Assembly (NCBI GenBank): GCA_041664985.1
Contig: JBAYJS010000001.1
Coordinates: forward strand, 1 to 50,433
From: Candidatus Buchananbacteria bacterium
Lineage (GTDB): Bacteria > Patescibacteriota > Patescibacteriia > Buchananbacterales > UBA6539
Direction: 5' to 3'
DNA length: 50,433 bases
A program made the position numbers and the translations under genes. The notes beneath the pieces were generated by a model. The model searched no databases. It worked only from the letters and a program-made list of their open reading frames with translations, and had not been told where the DNA came from. Positions 16,737-25,153 of the stretch are shown here, in pieces; positions within the stretch are counted from its first letter, which is position 1; every line of letters begins with the position of its first letter.

Positions 16737-17765
16737 ATGTCTAAGGTGCCAGACAATTTTTTTAAGTGGTCAATTATCGGTCATCGTCAGATTGTTAGTT
16801 ATTTGCAAAATAATTTGAAAAATTCGCAAACCGCCCATGCCTATTTGTTCTGCGGACCAAGCCATATTGGCAAATCAACTGTGGCCAAAGAATTTTTGGC
16901 ATCACTGGTTTGCCGGAATTTGCACCAAAAGCAATCAAGCGTGCCTTGCGGCCAGTGTGATTGTTGCAAGCAAATAAATTCGCAAATTCATCCGGATGTT
17001 TATTGGCTTAAGCGAGAAATTAACGAAAAGACTGGCAAGAAAAAAAAGAATATCAGCATCGAGCAAGTCCGCGAATTGCAGAATAAATTAAGTCTTCATT
17101 CTTTTTTGGATACGTATAAAATCGCTGTAATTGCCGATGCTCAAACTTTAAGTCAGGAAGCGGCCAATTCGCTTTTGAAAACTCTCGAAGAACCATCGCC
17201 TAAAACTATAATAATTTTACTGGCGACCAATTCGGCTGAATTGCCGGCAACGATTATTTCCCGCTGTCAGTTGATTAAATTTTACCCTGTTGATCCTAAA
17301 GATATTTTTGATCATTTGATCGATTTAAAGGTGGAAAGAAAAAAAGCCAAAACCCTTACCGCTTTGTCTTTTGGCCGGCCGGGAGTGGCTTTAAACTATT
17401 TTTTGGCGCCGGAAAAATATGAGGCTTTTGAAGAACAGATTCAAGAGTTTGTTTCTTTGATTAAGTCCGGCAATATTGAAAGATTTAAAATGATTTCAGA
17501 AATTATTGAAAGTCACGATGCCGATGAGCTTAAAGAAATTTTGGCGGTTTGGACTAAAGTAATTCGGGATTTACTTTTATTGCGCATTGGTGCTCAAGAT
17601 TTTATCAGTAATCTCAATCTTTTTTCCGAGCTGGAACAGGTCGCAAAAGTATATCAGTCAAAAGATTTAATTGAAAATCTGAAAAAAATTAATCAAGCCA
17701 AACGCTATTTGTCAGCCAACGTCAATCCAAAGTTGGCGCTGGAAAATTTAGTTTTAAATTTTTAA
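16737..17765 (+). CDS. holB: DNA polymerase III delta-prime subunit
   Basis: HAYLFCGPSHIGKST Walker-A-like motif, CGQCDCCKQI zinc module, and SQEAANSLLKTLEEP plus SRCQ sensor motifs. Confidence 0.88.
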   Translation: MSKVPDNFFKWSIIGHRQIVSYLQNNLKNSQTAHAYLFCGPSHIGKSTVAKEFLASLVCRNLHQKQSSVPCGQCDCCKQINSQIHPDVYWLKREINEKTGKKKKNISIEQVRELQNKLSLHSFLDTYKIAVIADAQTLSQEAANSLLKTLEEPSPKTIIILLATNSAELPATIISRCQLIKFYPVDPKDIFDHLIDLKVERKKAKTLTALSFGRPGVALNYFLAPEKYEAFEEQIQEFVSLIKSGNIERFKMISEIIESHDADELKEILAVWTKVIRDLLLLRIGAQDFISNLNLFSELEQVAKVYQSKDLIENLKKINQAKRYLSANVNPKLALENLVLNF

Positions 17766-17801
17766 ATTTTTCAAAAATATTTTATCTCTAACTAAAAAAT
17801 T

Positions 17802-18884
17802 ATGAGAAAAATAAAAACAAGTCGGGGTTTTAAAAAAATCGGAGTAATAATTTTTTTGGCGGCAATTTTGACGACCGGTTGTTCAATTCAGCTGGGCACG
17901 GCCAAAAAAGTCTCAACCGCTGGAATTTTTAAATCTTTTGACAAGGGTAATACCTGGACTCAGAAAAATTTATTTCTTTTCTCGGGTGGTGTTGGTAATA
18001 TTGCCGGTTTAAATGTGGTTAATTTAACTTTTGATCCACAGGATAATCGGGCAATTTACTTGGCTTCGGATGCTCAGGGGTTATTTTATACTTATGATGC
18101 CGGCGACAGCTGGATGAAAGCCGTGCCTGTTGGTAGCGCCAGAATTGAATCAGTGGCCGTTGATCCCAAAGACAAATGTACGATTTATGCCACCTACGGC
18201 AGTACGATTTTAAAGAGTAATGACTGCTCTCGAAGCTGGTTGGAGGTTTATATTGACACTCGAGCCGCCAAAGCCGCAGTTACAGCCTTGGCGATCGATA
18301 ATTATAATAACCTTTCAATTTACGCCGGTAATTCCGCTGGTGATATTTTAAAAAGCCAAGATGGCGGGGCTAATTGGCAGGTAATCAATCGTTTAAACGA
18401 TAAAGTGGCAAAAATTTTAGTTAACCCCAAAGATACCAGAATTGTCTATGTGGCCACTAAAAGCAAGGGTATTTTCAAAACCACTGATTCGGGCGGCAGT
18501 TGGTCTGATATTAATGAAGGTTTGAAACCTTATTCTTCTTCAATGGAATATAAAAATTTGGTTTTTGATTTAAGCCAGCCCAACGCTTTACTTTTAGTTT
18601 CCAAGTATGGTTTGATAAAAACCAATGACGGTGGTACCAGTTGGGAAGCGATTAAATTAATCACGCCGCCGGCCTCAACCGATATTTATTCGGCGGCCAT
18701 TAATTCTCAGAATAATTTGGAAATTTATTATTCAACTGCGACCACTTTTTATAAAACCGTTGATGGCGGAAAAAATTGGATTACCAAGCGTTTGCCCAGC
18801 GGCGCAGTCAGCACTTTTTTAGCAGTGGATTTGCAAAATCCAAATATTATTTATATGGGTATGACTAATTTTACTAAAAAATAA
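17802..18884 (+). CDS. Lipoprotein with BNR/Asp-box repeats (beta-propeller, Ycf48/sialidase-like fold)
   Basis: Lipobox LTTGC. There are seven SxDxGxxW-type repeats (DKGNTW, DAGDSW, NDCSRSW, QDGGANW, TDSGGSW, NDGGTSW, VDGGKNW). Confidence 0.8.
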   Translation: MRKIKTSRGFKKIGVIIFLAAILTTGCSIQLGTAKKVSTAGIFKSFDKGNTWTQKNLFLFSGGVGNIAGLNVVNLTFDPQDNRAIYLASDAQGLFYTYDAGDSWMKAVPVGSARIESVAVDPKDKCTIYATYGSTILKSNDCSRSWLEVYIDTRAAKAAVTALAIDNYNNLSIYAGNSAGDILKSQDGGANWQVINRLNDKVAKILVNPKDTRIVYVATKSKGIFKTTDSGGSWSDINEGLKPYSSSMEYKNLVFDLSQPNALLLVSKYGLIKTNDGGTSWEAIKLITPPASTDIYSAAINSQNNLEIYYSTATTFYKTVDGGKNWITKRLPSGAVSTFLAVDLQNPNIIYMGMTNFTKK

Positions 18885-18900
18885 TAATTAAAAATAAAAT

Positions 18901-19455
18901 ATGAGTTTGATTATCGAAAATTTTAAGCCGGAATTTGAAAGGGCAATTGAAAATTTAAAAAATGAATTGTCAACTTTGCGGGTTGGTCGGGCCAATCCTT
19001 TGATGGTGGAAAATATTTTAGTTGAAGCTTATGCCTCAAAAATGCCGGTTAAGCAATTAGCCTCGGTGGTAGTACCGGAAGCCAGAACTTTATTAATTCA
19101 GCCTTGGGATAAAACTGTTATTAAAGAAATCGAAAAAGCAATTATTAAAGCCAACATCGGTATTAATCCGGTTAACGAAGGCCAGCAATTGCGATTAACT
19201 ATTCCGGCTTTGACCGAAGAAAGCCGTAAAGAATTAACCAAATCGGTTGGCGAAAAAGTTGAAAGAACCAGAATTACCATTCGCCAAATTAGAGATAAAA
19301 CCAAAGATGAAATTGCCAAACAGGAGAAGAACAAAGAAATTACCGAAGATGATAAATATGAACTGCAAAAAAAGCTAGACGAGGTGGTCAAAGATTACAA
19401 TGAAAAAGTCAAACAAATGGGCGAAAGTAAAGAAGAAGAAATAATGACTTTATAA
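18901..19455 (+). CDS. frr: Ribosome recycling factor
   Basis: 184 aa. Family-typical segments: LSTLRVGRANP, LIQPWD, IGINP, LRLTIPALTEE and RNIRRD-like IRQIRDK. Confidence 0.93.
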   Translation: MSLIIENFKPEFERAIENLKNELSTLRVGRANPLMVENILVEAYASKMPVKQLASVVVPEARTLLIQPWDKTVIKEIEKAIIKANIGINPVNEGQQLRLTIPALTEESRKELTKSVGEKVERTRITIRQIRDKTKDEIAKQEKNKEITEDDKYELQKKLDEVVKDYNEKVKQMGESKEEEIMTL

Positions 19456-19486
19456 TTTTATTAATTTTTAAATTTAAGATTAAATT

Positions 19487-20653
19487 ATGCTTTTAACGAT
19501 TGTCGCTTTTTTTCTAGTTTTAGGTGTTTTGGTCATAGTTCATGAATTAGGCCATTTTTTTGTCGCCAGAAAATCGGGCGTGGCTGTTGATGAATTTGGT
19601 TTTGGCCTGCCACCGCGAATTTTTGGTATTTACAAAGACGAAACTGGCAAATGGAAACTGGTTGGTTTAAAAACCAAAGAAACCAAAAGTACCATCTACT
19701 CTTTAAACTGGATACCGATGGGTGGATTTGTAAAAATTAAGGGCGAAGAAGGTGAAGCCGCCACTGACTCTGACAGTTTTGCTCATAAAAGCGTTTGGAT
19801 TAGAATGTTGATAATCTCGGCCGGAGTTTTCATGAATGTGGTTTTAGCCGTTATTTTATTAAGTATTGGTTTGACTGTTGGTTCACCTCAATATTTAGAT
19901 AAAAAATTACCAGCCGTAGCCAAGGTTCGTGATGTCAAAATTCGGGTAGTCGAAATTCTGCCGGATTTTCCGGCGGCCAAAGCCGGTCTAGTTGCTGGGG
20001 ATTCGATTCTCACGATTGACAATCAGGAATTTCCCAAAATCGAAGGTTTGCAAGAATATTTGGATAAAAAAGTCGGTCAAGAAGTGACAGTTAAATTTGA
20101 ACGCGATCAAAAAGTAGCTGAAGTAAAAATCGTACCGCAAATTTTAAGCCAAACCAATAAAGGGGGAATGGGCGCCGCTTTAGCTCAAACCGGCTTTGTT
20201 TCTTATCCTTGGTATGTGGCTTGGTGGTATGGGTTAAAGGAAACTTTTGGCATGATTTGGAGCGTAATTTACGGCTTTTATGTGATTTTGAAAAATTTGA
20301 TTGTTTCGCGCCATTTGATCGGCGAAGTCTACGGTCCGGTGGGTATTGCCACTTTGGTTGGCGATGCGGCGCGTTCGGGCTTTTTGTATGTGATGCAGTT
20401 TACTGCCGTTTTGTCAGTAATTATTGCCGTAATTAATTTTTTGCCTTTTCCAGCTTTGGACGGCGGGCGCGTCTTTTTCCTTTTACTCGAGGCAATCAGA
20501 AAAAAACCAATCAATCAAAAATTGGAAGCAGCGATGCATAATATTGGTTTTGCTTTGTTAATGATTTTAGTCGTAGTCGTTACCTTTCGTGATATTGCCA
20601 GAATTTCTTCGGGATTTTTGAATTGGTGGCAAAAAATTATTGGTTTGTTTTAG
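19487..20653 (+). CDS. rseP: RIP site-2 metalloprotease RseP
   Basis: HELGHF zinc motif, an internal PDZ-like segment (AAKAGL.AGD.I..I), and C-terminal NFLPFPALDGG. Confidence 0.9.
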   Translation: MLLTIVAFFLVLGVLVIVHELGHFFVARKSGVAVDEFGFGLPPRIFGIYKDETGKWKLVGLKTKETKSTIYSLNWIPMGGFVKIKGEEGEAATDSDSFAHKSVWIRMLIISAGVFMNVVLAVILLSIGLTVGSPQYLDKKLPAVAKVRDVKIRVVEILPDFPAAKAGLVAGDSILTIDNQEFPKIEGLQEYLDKKVGQEVTVKFERDQKVAEVKIVPQILSQTNKGGMGAALAQTGFVSYPWYVAWWYGLKETFGMIWSVIYGFYVILKNLIVSRHLIGEVYGPVGIATLVGDAARSGFLYVMQFTAVLSVIIAVINFLPFPALDGGRVFFLLLEAIRKKPINQKLEAAMHNIGFALLMILVVVVTFRDIARISSGFLNWWQKIIGLF

Positions 20654-20667
20654 CTTAACTAAATTTT

Positions 20668-21045
20668 ATGAGAATTGTTTTACCCTTTGATTTTCAGGTA
20701 AATTTTCGGAATTTTTTGCAGCGCGCCGGCTACACGGAAATTAATGATTACCACACCAAAAAAACTTCCTACGTTAAGCGACTCAGTCGTGATTATTATC
20801 CGCGATTTCATGTTTATTTGGAAACTGATAAAGATAACCGGCAAATTTTAAATTTACATTTGGATCAAAAAAAACCTTCCTATCAGGGTTCATCGGCTCA
20901 CAGCGGAGAATATGACAGCGAGTTGGTAAAAAATGAAGCGGCAATGATTGAAGGTTTGATTAAAAATCAAATGGATAACCAAGCCCAAAAACCGGTTGAA
21001 CAAAATCTGGAAAAAAAAGGTTTTTGGTCGAAATTTTTTGGTTAA
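20668..21045 (+). CDS. Hypothetical protein (125 aa)
   Basis: AT-rich native-style ORF filling the rseP-proS gap. No family recognised. Confidence 0.55.
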   Translation: MRIVLPFDFQVNFRNFLQRAGYTEINDYHTKKTSYVKRLSRDYYPRFHVYLETDKDNRQILNLHLDQKKPSYQGSSAHSGEYDSELVKNEAAMIEGLIKNQMDNQAQKPVEQNLEKKGFWSKFFG

Positions 21046-21086
21046 ATTATTTTTACTAAAATTAGAATTGAAAAAATATAATATCT

Positions 21087-22331
21087 ATGTTGCAATCAAA
21101 ACTTTTTGGAAAAACTTTTAAAGAAGCGCCAAAAGACGAAGTCAGCACCAATGCGATTTTTTTGGCTCGGGCCGGATTTATTGATAAATTAACTGCCGGA
21201 GTTTATACTTATTTACCTTTGGGTTTAAGGGTTTTAAATAAAATCAAACAAATTGTCCGCGAAGAAATGAATGCAATTGACGGCCAGGAAATTTTAATGC
21301 CGGCTTTACAGCCCAAAGAAATTTGGGAAAAAACCGGCCGCTGGACCGATCCGGGCAAAGAAGTAATGTTTCAATTTAAGGGCCGAAGCGACAAGGAATT
21401 TGGTTTAGGCTGGACAGCCGAAGAAGTGATTACACCTTTGGTTAAAAAATTTGTCAATTCCTACAAAGATTTGCCGATTGCGCTTTATCAAATTCAGGAT
21501 AAATTCAGAAATGAGCCAAGAGCCAAATCCGGTTTGATGCGCGGTATTGAATTTTCAATGAAAGATTTGTACAGCTTTCACCATAATGAAAAAGAATTAG
21601 AGGATTATTATCAAAAAGCTTTACTGGCTTACCAAAAGATTTTTAATCGCTGTGGTTTGGATTCAATAGTTACCGAAGCTTCCGGCGGCAGTTTTTCCAA
21701 ATATTCTCATGAATTTCAAGTTTTGACTCAGTACGGTGAAGACACAATTTTTTATTGCAACCAATGCCATTATGCTCAAAATAAAGAAGTGGCTGAGTAT
21801 AAAGCCGGTGACAGTTGCCCAAAATGTAAAACCGGAAAAATTAAAGAAGACAAAGCCATTGAAGTTGGTAATATTTTTCCGTTAAAAACCAAATATTCCG
21901 AACCGTTCAAACTTGAATACGCCGATGAAACCGGCAAAAAGCAACCGGTGATGATGGGTTGTTACGGTATTGGCCCCAGCCGAGTGATGGGTGCGATTGT
22001 GGAAATTTATCACGACCAAAACGGCATTATTTGGCCCGAAAGTGTGGCGCCGTTTGCCGTTCATTTGCTGCAAATTGGCGACGATTTGGCAGTTGCGAAA
22101 TTAGCCCAAGAGGTGTATGATAAAATACTTGGTTTGGGCTTAGAAATTTTGTTTGACGACCGCCCGGGTTTGACTGCCGGCCAAAAATTTGCCGACGCTG
22201 ACTTGATTGGAATTCCCAATCGGTTGGTAGTTTCACCAAAAACCAATGGTAAAATTGAGTTTAAAAAACGTTTAGAAAAAGATTTTGAACTTTTGGATAT
22301 TAAGCAAGTATTGGCAAAAATTAAAGCTTGA
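21087..22331 (+). CDS. proS: Prolyl-tRNA synthetase, bacterial-type core lacking the INS editing domain, with a CxxC...CxxC insert
   Basis: Class II motifs FRNEPRAKSGLMRGIEF, SHEFQVL and GCYGIGPSRV, only 414 aa. CNQCHYAQNKEVAEYKAGDSCPKCKTG sits where the INS domain normally lies. Confidence 0.88.
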   Translation: MLQSKLFGKTFKEAPKDEVSTNAIFLARAGFIDKLTAGVYTYLPLGLRVLNKIKQIVREEMNAIDGQEILMPALQPKEIWEKTGRWTDPGKEVMFQFKGRSDKEFGLGWTAEEVITPLVKKFVNSYKDLPIALYQIQDKFRNEPRAKSGLMRGIEFSMKDLYSFHHNEKELEDYYQKALLAYQKIFNRCGLDSIVTEASGGSFSKYSHEFQVLTQYGEDTIFYCNQCHYAQNKEVAEYKAGDSCPKCKTGKIKEDKAIEVGNIFPLKTKYSEPFKLEYADETGKKQPVMMGCYGIGPSRVMGAIVEIYHDQNGIIWPESVAPFAVHLLQIGDDLAVAKLAQEVYDKILGLGLEILFDDRPGLTAGQKFADADLIGIPNRLVVSPKTNGKIEFKKRLEKDFELLDIKQVLAKIKA

Positions 22332-22341
22332 TTTTTAAAAT

Positions 22342-22377
22342 AAAAAAAGAAGACCGGAGTTAGTGAGACCGGTCTTT
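22342..22377 (-). terminator. Intrinsic terminator of cassette B (may also stop proS from the other side)
   Basis: On the minus strand, AAGACCGG...CCGGTCTT stem (22349-22357/22369-22377) followed by CTTCTTTTTTTA. Confidence 0.7.
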
Positions 22378-22615
22378 AGGCGACAGCTTTCAGGTCGTGG
22401 CGAAATGCTTTTTCGCTTCCTTGTGGCCGAAGCCAAAGGATGCTGCCGTGGCAGCATGCCGCGAGAAGCGGTTTGTCGTTGAGGTCTTTTGGCACCCAGA
22501 GGCCAAGGCCGCCAGCGCATTTGTTCGGTCCGGTTACTATCCGTCCAGACCGGTTGCCTGCGCCGCTTCGTTTTTCGCAAATCCTGCGAGACTTTCTGCC
22601 AGTGCCGTTTTTCAT
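22376..22615 (-). CDS. Cassette B: candidate 79-aa basic, Cys-containing protein; a structured ncRNA is not excluded
   Basis: ATG at 22615 with GGAGG (22632-22628) 12 nt upstream. Codons are strongly C-ending (GGC, AAC, UGC, GAC, CUC, CAC). The UAA stop abuts the terminator hairpin. Caveat: four overlapping ORFs in different frames are open here. Confidence 0.4.
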   Translation of the reverse strand: MKNGTGRKSRRICEKRSGAGNRSGRIVTGPNKCAGGLGLWVPKDLNDKPLLAACCHGSILWLRPQGSEKAFRHDLKAVA

Positions 22616-22700
22616 AAAGAACGAATTCCTCCGTCGGGTTGGTTTATGCCTTTTTCTGCCTTTTTGATTGCCACCCGATTAGCAATCATAATTAAAAATA

Positions 22701-22729
22701 AATATACTAGATAATATCCATTTTGTCAA
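22701..22729 (-). promoter_or_regulatory. Sigma-70-type promoter of cassette B
   Basis: Minus strand: TTGACA (22729-22724), 17 nt, TATATT (22706-22701). Confidence 0.6.
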
Positions 22730-22739
22730 CCTTATTGAT

Positions 22740-23798
22740 ATGTTAAACAGTTTATTCAAAAAATTCTCTAAAGATGTTGGAATTGATTTAGGCACTTCCA
22801 ATACTTTGATTTACGTCAAAGAACGGGGGATTGTGATTAATGAATCCTCAATTGTTGCTTTAAATAATCGGACCGATCAGATTTTGGCCGTTGGCGAAGA
22901 AGCGCAAAAAATGGTTGGCAAAACCCCGCCGCATATTACAATTTCCAAACCTTTGGTTGATAGCATTATTTCTGATTTTGAAGTTACGGAAAAAATGCTT
23001 AAATATTTTATTGACCGGATTACTCAAAAAAGTTTTGGTCTTTCGCCGCGGCCAAGAGTGGTAATTGGTGTGCCTTTGGACGTGACGGAAGTTGAGAAAA
23101 AAGCGGTTGAAGATGTCGTACTTTCCGCTGGTGCCCGCGAGGTTTATTTGGTGGAAAATGTAATTGCTACGGCCGTTGGTGCCAGGCAGCCGATTCAAGA
23201 TCCGTCCGGCAATATGGTGGTTGATCTAGGCGGTGGTATTACTGAAATTGCGGTAATTTCGCTTTCTGGTGTTGTTGCCTGGAAATCTTTGAGAATTGCC
23301 GGCAATCGGCTGAATCAAGATATTGTTTCTTTTGCCAGAAATGAATTTAATTTATTAATTGGTGAACGCGTGGCTGAAGATATAAAAATCAGAGCCGGTA
23401 AGTTGACTGACAGCAATGAGCCAATTGAATTAAAAATGCGCGGCCGCGATTTAATTACCGGTTTGCCTAAAGAAGTAATTATTACCAGTGAACAAGTTAA
23501 AGTTGCAATGCAACGTTCAATTGCCGCAATTATTGATGGTATAAAAAGTACTCTGGAAATTACCCCGCCGGAATTGGTGGCTGATATTTATCAGCGGGGA
23601 ATGATTTTGGCTGGTGGCGGTGCTTTGCTTGCGGGGCTAGACGAAATGATTGCCAAAGTTACTAAAATTCCCGTTAAAGTGATTGAAGATCCATTAACTT
23701 GTGCCGTTCGGGGCATGGGTTTAATTTTGGAAGATGATAATTTGCTTTTGGAAGTTGCGGTGCCATCGTCAACCAAAGAAGAAAAAAAATCTCGATAG
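22740..23798 (+). CDS. mreB: Rod-shape-determining actin homolog MreB, copy 2 (heads the mreBCD-mrdA cluster)
   Basis: VGIDLGTSNTLIY, KPLVDSIISDF, VPLDVTEVEKKAV, VDLGGGITEIAVISLSGVV and GGGALLAGLD. Confidence 0.92.
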   Translation: MLNSLFKKFSKDVGIDLGTSNTLIYVKERGIVINESSIVALNNRTDQILAVGEEAQKMVGKTPPHITISKPLVDSIISDFEVTEKMLKYFIDRITQKSFGLSPRPRVVIGVPLDVTEVEKKAVEDVVLSAGAREVYLVENVIATAVGARQPIQDPSGNMVVDLGGGITEIAVISLSGVVAWKSLRIAGNRLNQDIVSFARNEFNLLIGERVAEDIKIRAGKLTDSNEPIELKMRGRDLITGLPKEVIITSEQVKVAMQRSIAAIIDGIKSTLEITPPELVADIYQRGMILAGGGALLAGLDEMIAKVTKIPVKVIEDPLTCAVRGMGLILEDDNLLLEVAVPSSTKEEKKSR

Positions 23799-23819
23799 CT
23801 TATTTCAATTTTCAGTTTT

Positions 23820-24632
23820 ATGTTTAAGTATATAAAATCAAGACCGCTAGCCGTTATTTTATTAGCAGTTGTTTTTCTGCTAATTTTTTTGCATTATGTT
23901 TCGATCTTAAAACCGGTTGAAAATTTGGTAATTAGAATTTTAACGCCGATTCAGCGTCAAATTTACAGCATTGGTTCGGGCATTAATAATTATTATTATG
24001 CCGCCACTAGTCGCAAAGACTACGGCGAGGATAATAAAAAATTAACTGAGCAGATTAATCAATTAACAATTGAGAATGCCCAGTTAAAAGTCGCTTTGCA
24101 GGAAAACCAAGAGATTGCCAAGCAAAGTGGCTTTTTGGCCAGGAATGGTCTGTCGGCGGTAACAGCCAAAGTGATTGGGAAAAATCCGGAGCCTAACTTG
24201 CAGTCAATAATTTTAGATAAAGGTTTAAAGGATGGGATTAAGATTGATTATCCAATAATTACTGCTGACGGGATTTTGGTTGGTAAAATTTCAAATGTAA
24301 AAGCCAATAGCTCTGAGGCAATTTTAATTAATGATTCAAGAAGTAAAATTGCCGCGACAATTCAAAATGAAAATAACACCAAGGGTGTGGTGGTGGGTGA
24401 ACATGGCTTGAGTTTGATTATGGAGCTAATTGCCAAAAATGATGTGGTAAAAGTCGGTGACGTGGTGGTAACGTCAGGTTTAGAATCAACTGTGCCTAGA
24501 GGTTTGGTGATTGGTAAAATTAATCGGATTGTTTCTGAATCAAACAGCACTTTTCAAACGGCTTGGTTACAGGCTTTGGTGAGGGTTGATAATTTAACCG
24601 TCGTTTCAGTCCTTAAATTGCCGGAATTATAA
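23820..24632 (+). CDS. mreC: Rod-shape-determining protein MreC
   Basis: N-terminal TM helix, a coiled coil (LTEQINQLTIENAQLK), and a C-terminal beta domain with VVTSGL..T.PRGL.IGKI. It follows mreB. Confidence 0.85.
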   Translation: MFKYIKSRPLAVILLAVVFLLIFLHYVSILKPVENLVIRILTPIQRQIYSIGSGINNYYYAATSRKDYGEDNKKLTEQINQLTIENAQLKVALQENQEIAKQSGFLARNGLSAVTAKVIGKNPEPNLQSIILDKGLKDGIKIDYPIITADGILVGKISNVKANSSEAILINDSRSKIAATIQNENNTKGVVVGEHGLSLIMELIAKNDVVKVGDVVVTSGLESTVPRGLVIGKINRIVSESNSTFQTAWLQALVRVDNLTVVSVLKLPEL

Positions 24633-25150
24633 TGAGTATTTTTTTAAATACAATTTTTATTTTGGTTATTGGTATATTTCAAGTCAGCCTTCTAACCACT
24701 TGGCCTGAGCCGGTTTCTTCTTTGAATTTGATTTTAACCTTGGTTATTTTTTTAACCGTGATTGTTAATTATGAAAAAGGATTGTGGCTAGCTTTGGGCG
24801 GCGGATTGTTTTTGGAACTTTATTCCGCTTCATTTTTTGGAATTACCACTTTAAGTTTAGTTTTAACGGCGATGTTGATAAATTTTTTGTTTGGCAATCT
24901 TTTTACTAATCGATCGCTTTATTCGCTGATGATTTTAGGGTATATTGGTACTTTAAGTTATAATTTGGCGATTTTATTTTTTAATTCGGTGGCTTTGGTT
25001 TTTACCACCAGTAGTTATTTTTTATTTTTTAATTTTTGGTCGCAAATTTTTTGGCAGCCGCTTTTTAATGTTTTAATTTTGATTATCATTTTTTTCACTT
25101 ACCACATCTCGACCGGGCGGTTAAAAAATATTTTTTTATTTCCCGCTTAA
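24632..25150 (+). CDS. mreD: Rod-shape-determining protein MreD
   Basis: 172-aa polytopic membrane protein, start overlapping the mreC stop (TAATG), in the canonical mreC-mreD-mrdA position. Confidence 0.75.
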   Translation: MSIFLNTIFILVIGIFQVSLLTTWPEPVSSLNLILTLVIFLTVIVNYEKGLWLALGGGLFLELYSASFFGITTLSLVLTAMLINFLFGNLFTNRSLYSLMILGYIGTLSYNLAILFFNSVALVFTTSSYFLFFNFWSQIFWQPLFNVLILIIIFFTYHISTGRLKNIFLFPA

Positions 25151-25153
25151 TTT

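Noticed and set aside
22342-22729. Whether the GC-rich ~350-nt stretch next to proS is RNase P RNA, tmRNA, SRP RNA or 6S RNA
   Set aside because: Reading the minus-strand transcript, I found none of the following: the GAGGAAAGUCCGG / ACAGAA..CGGCUUA P4 pair of RNase P (only a weak CAGAAAGUCUCG resemblance with no complementary 3' strand); a tRNA-like GGUUCGAAUCC...CCA end or an ...AA-stop tag frame for tmRNA; a GGAA-capped SRP helix 8 motif. It is too long for 6S RNA. A covariance-model scan is still needed to be sure.
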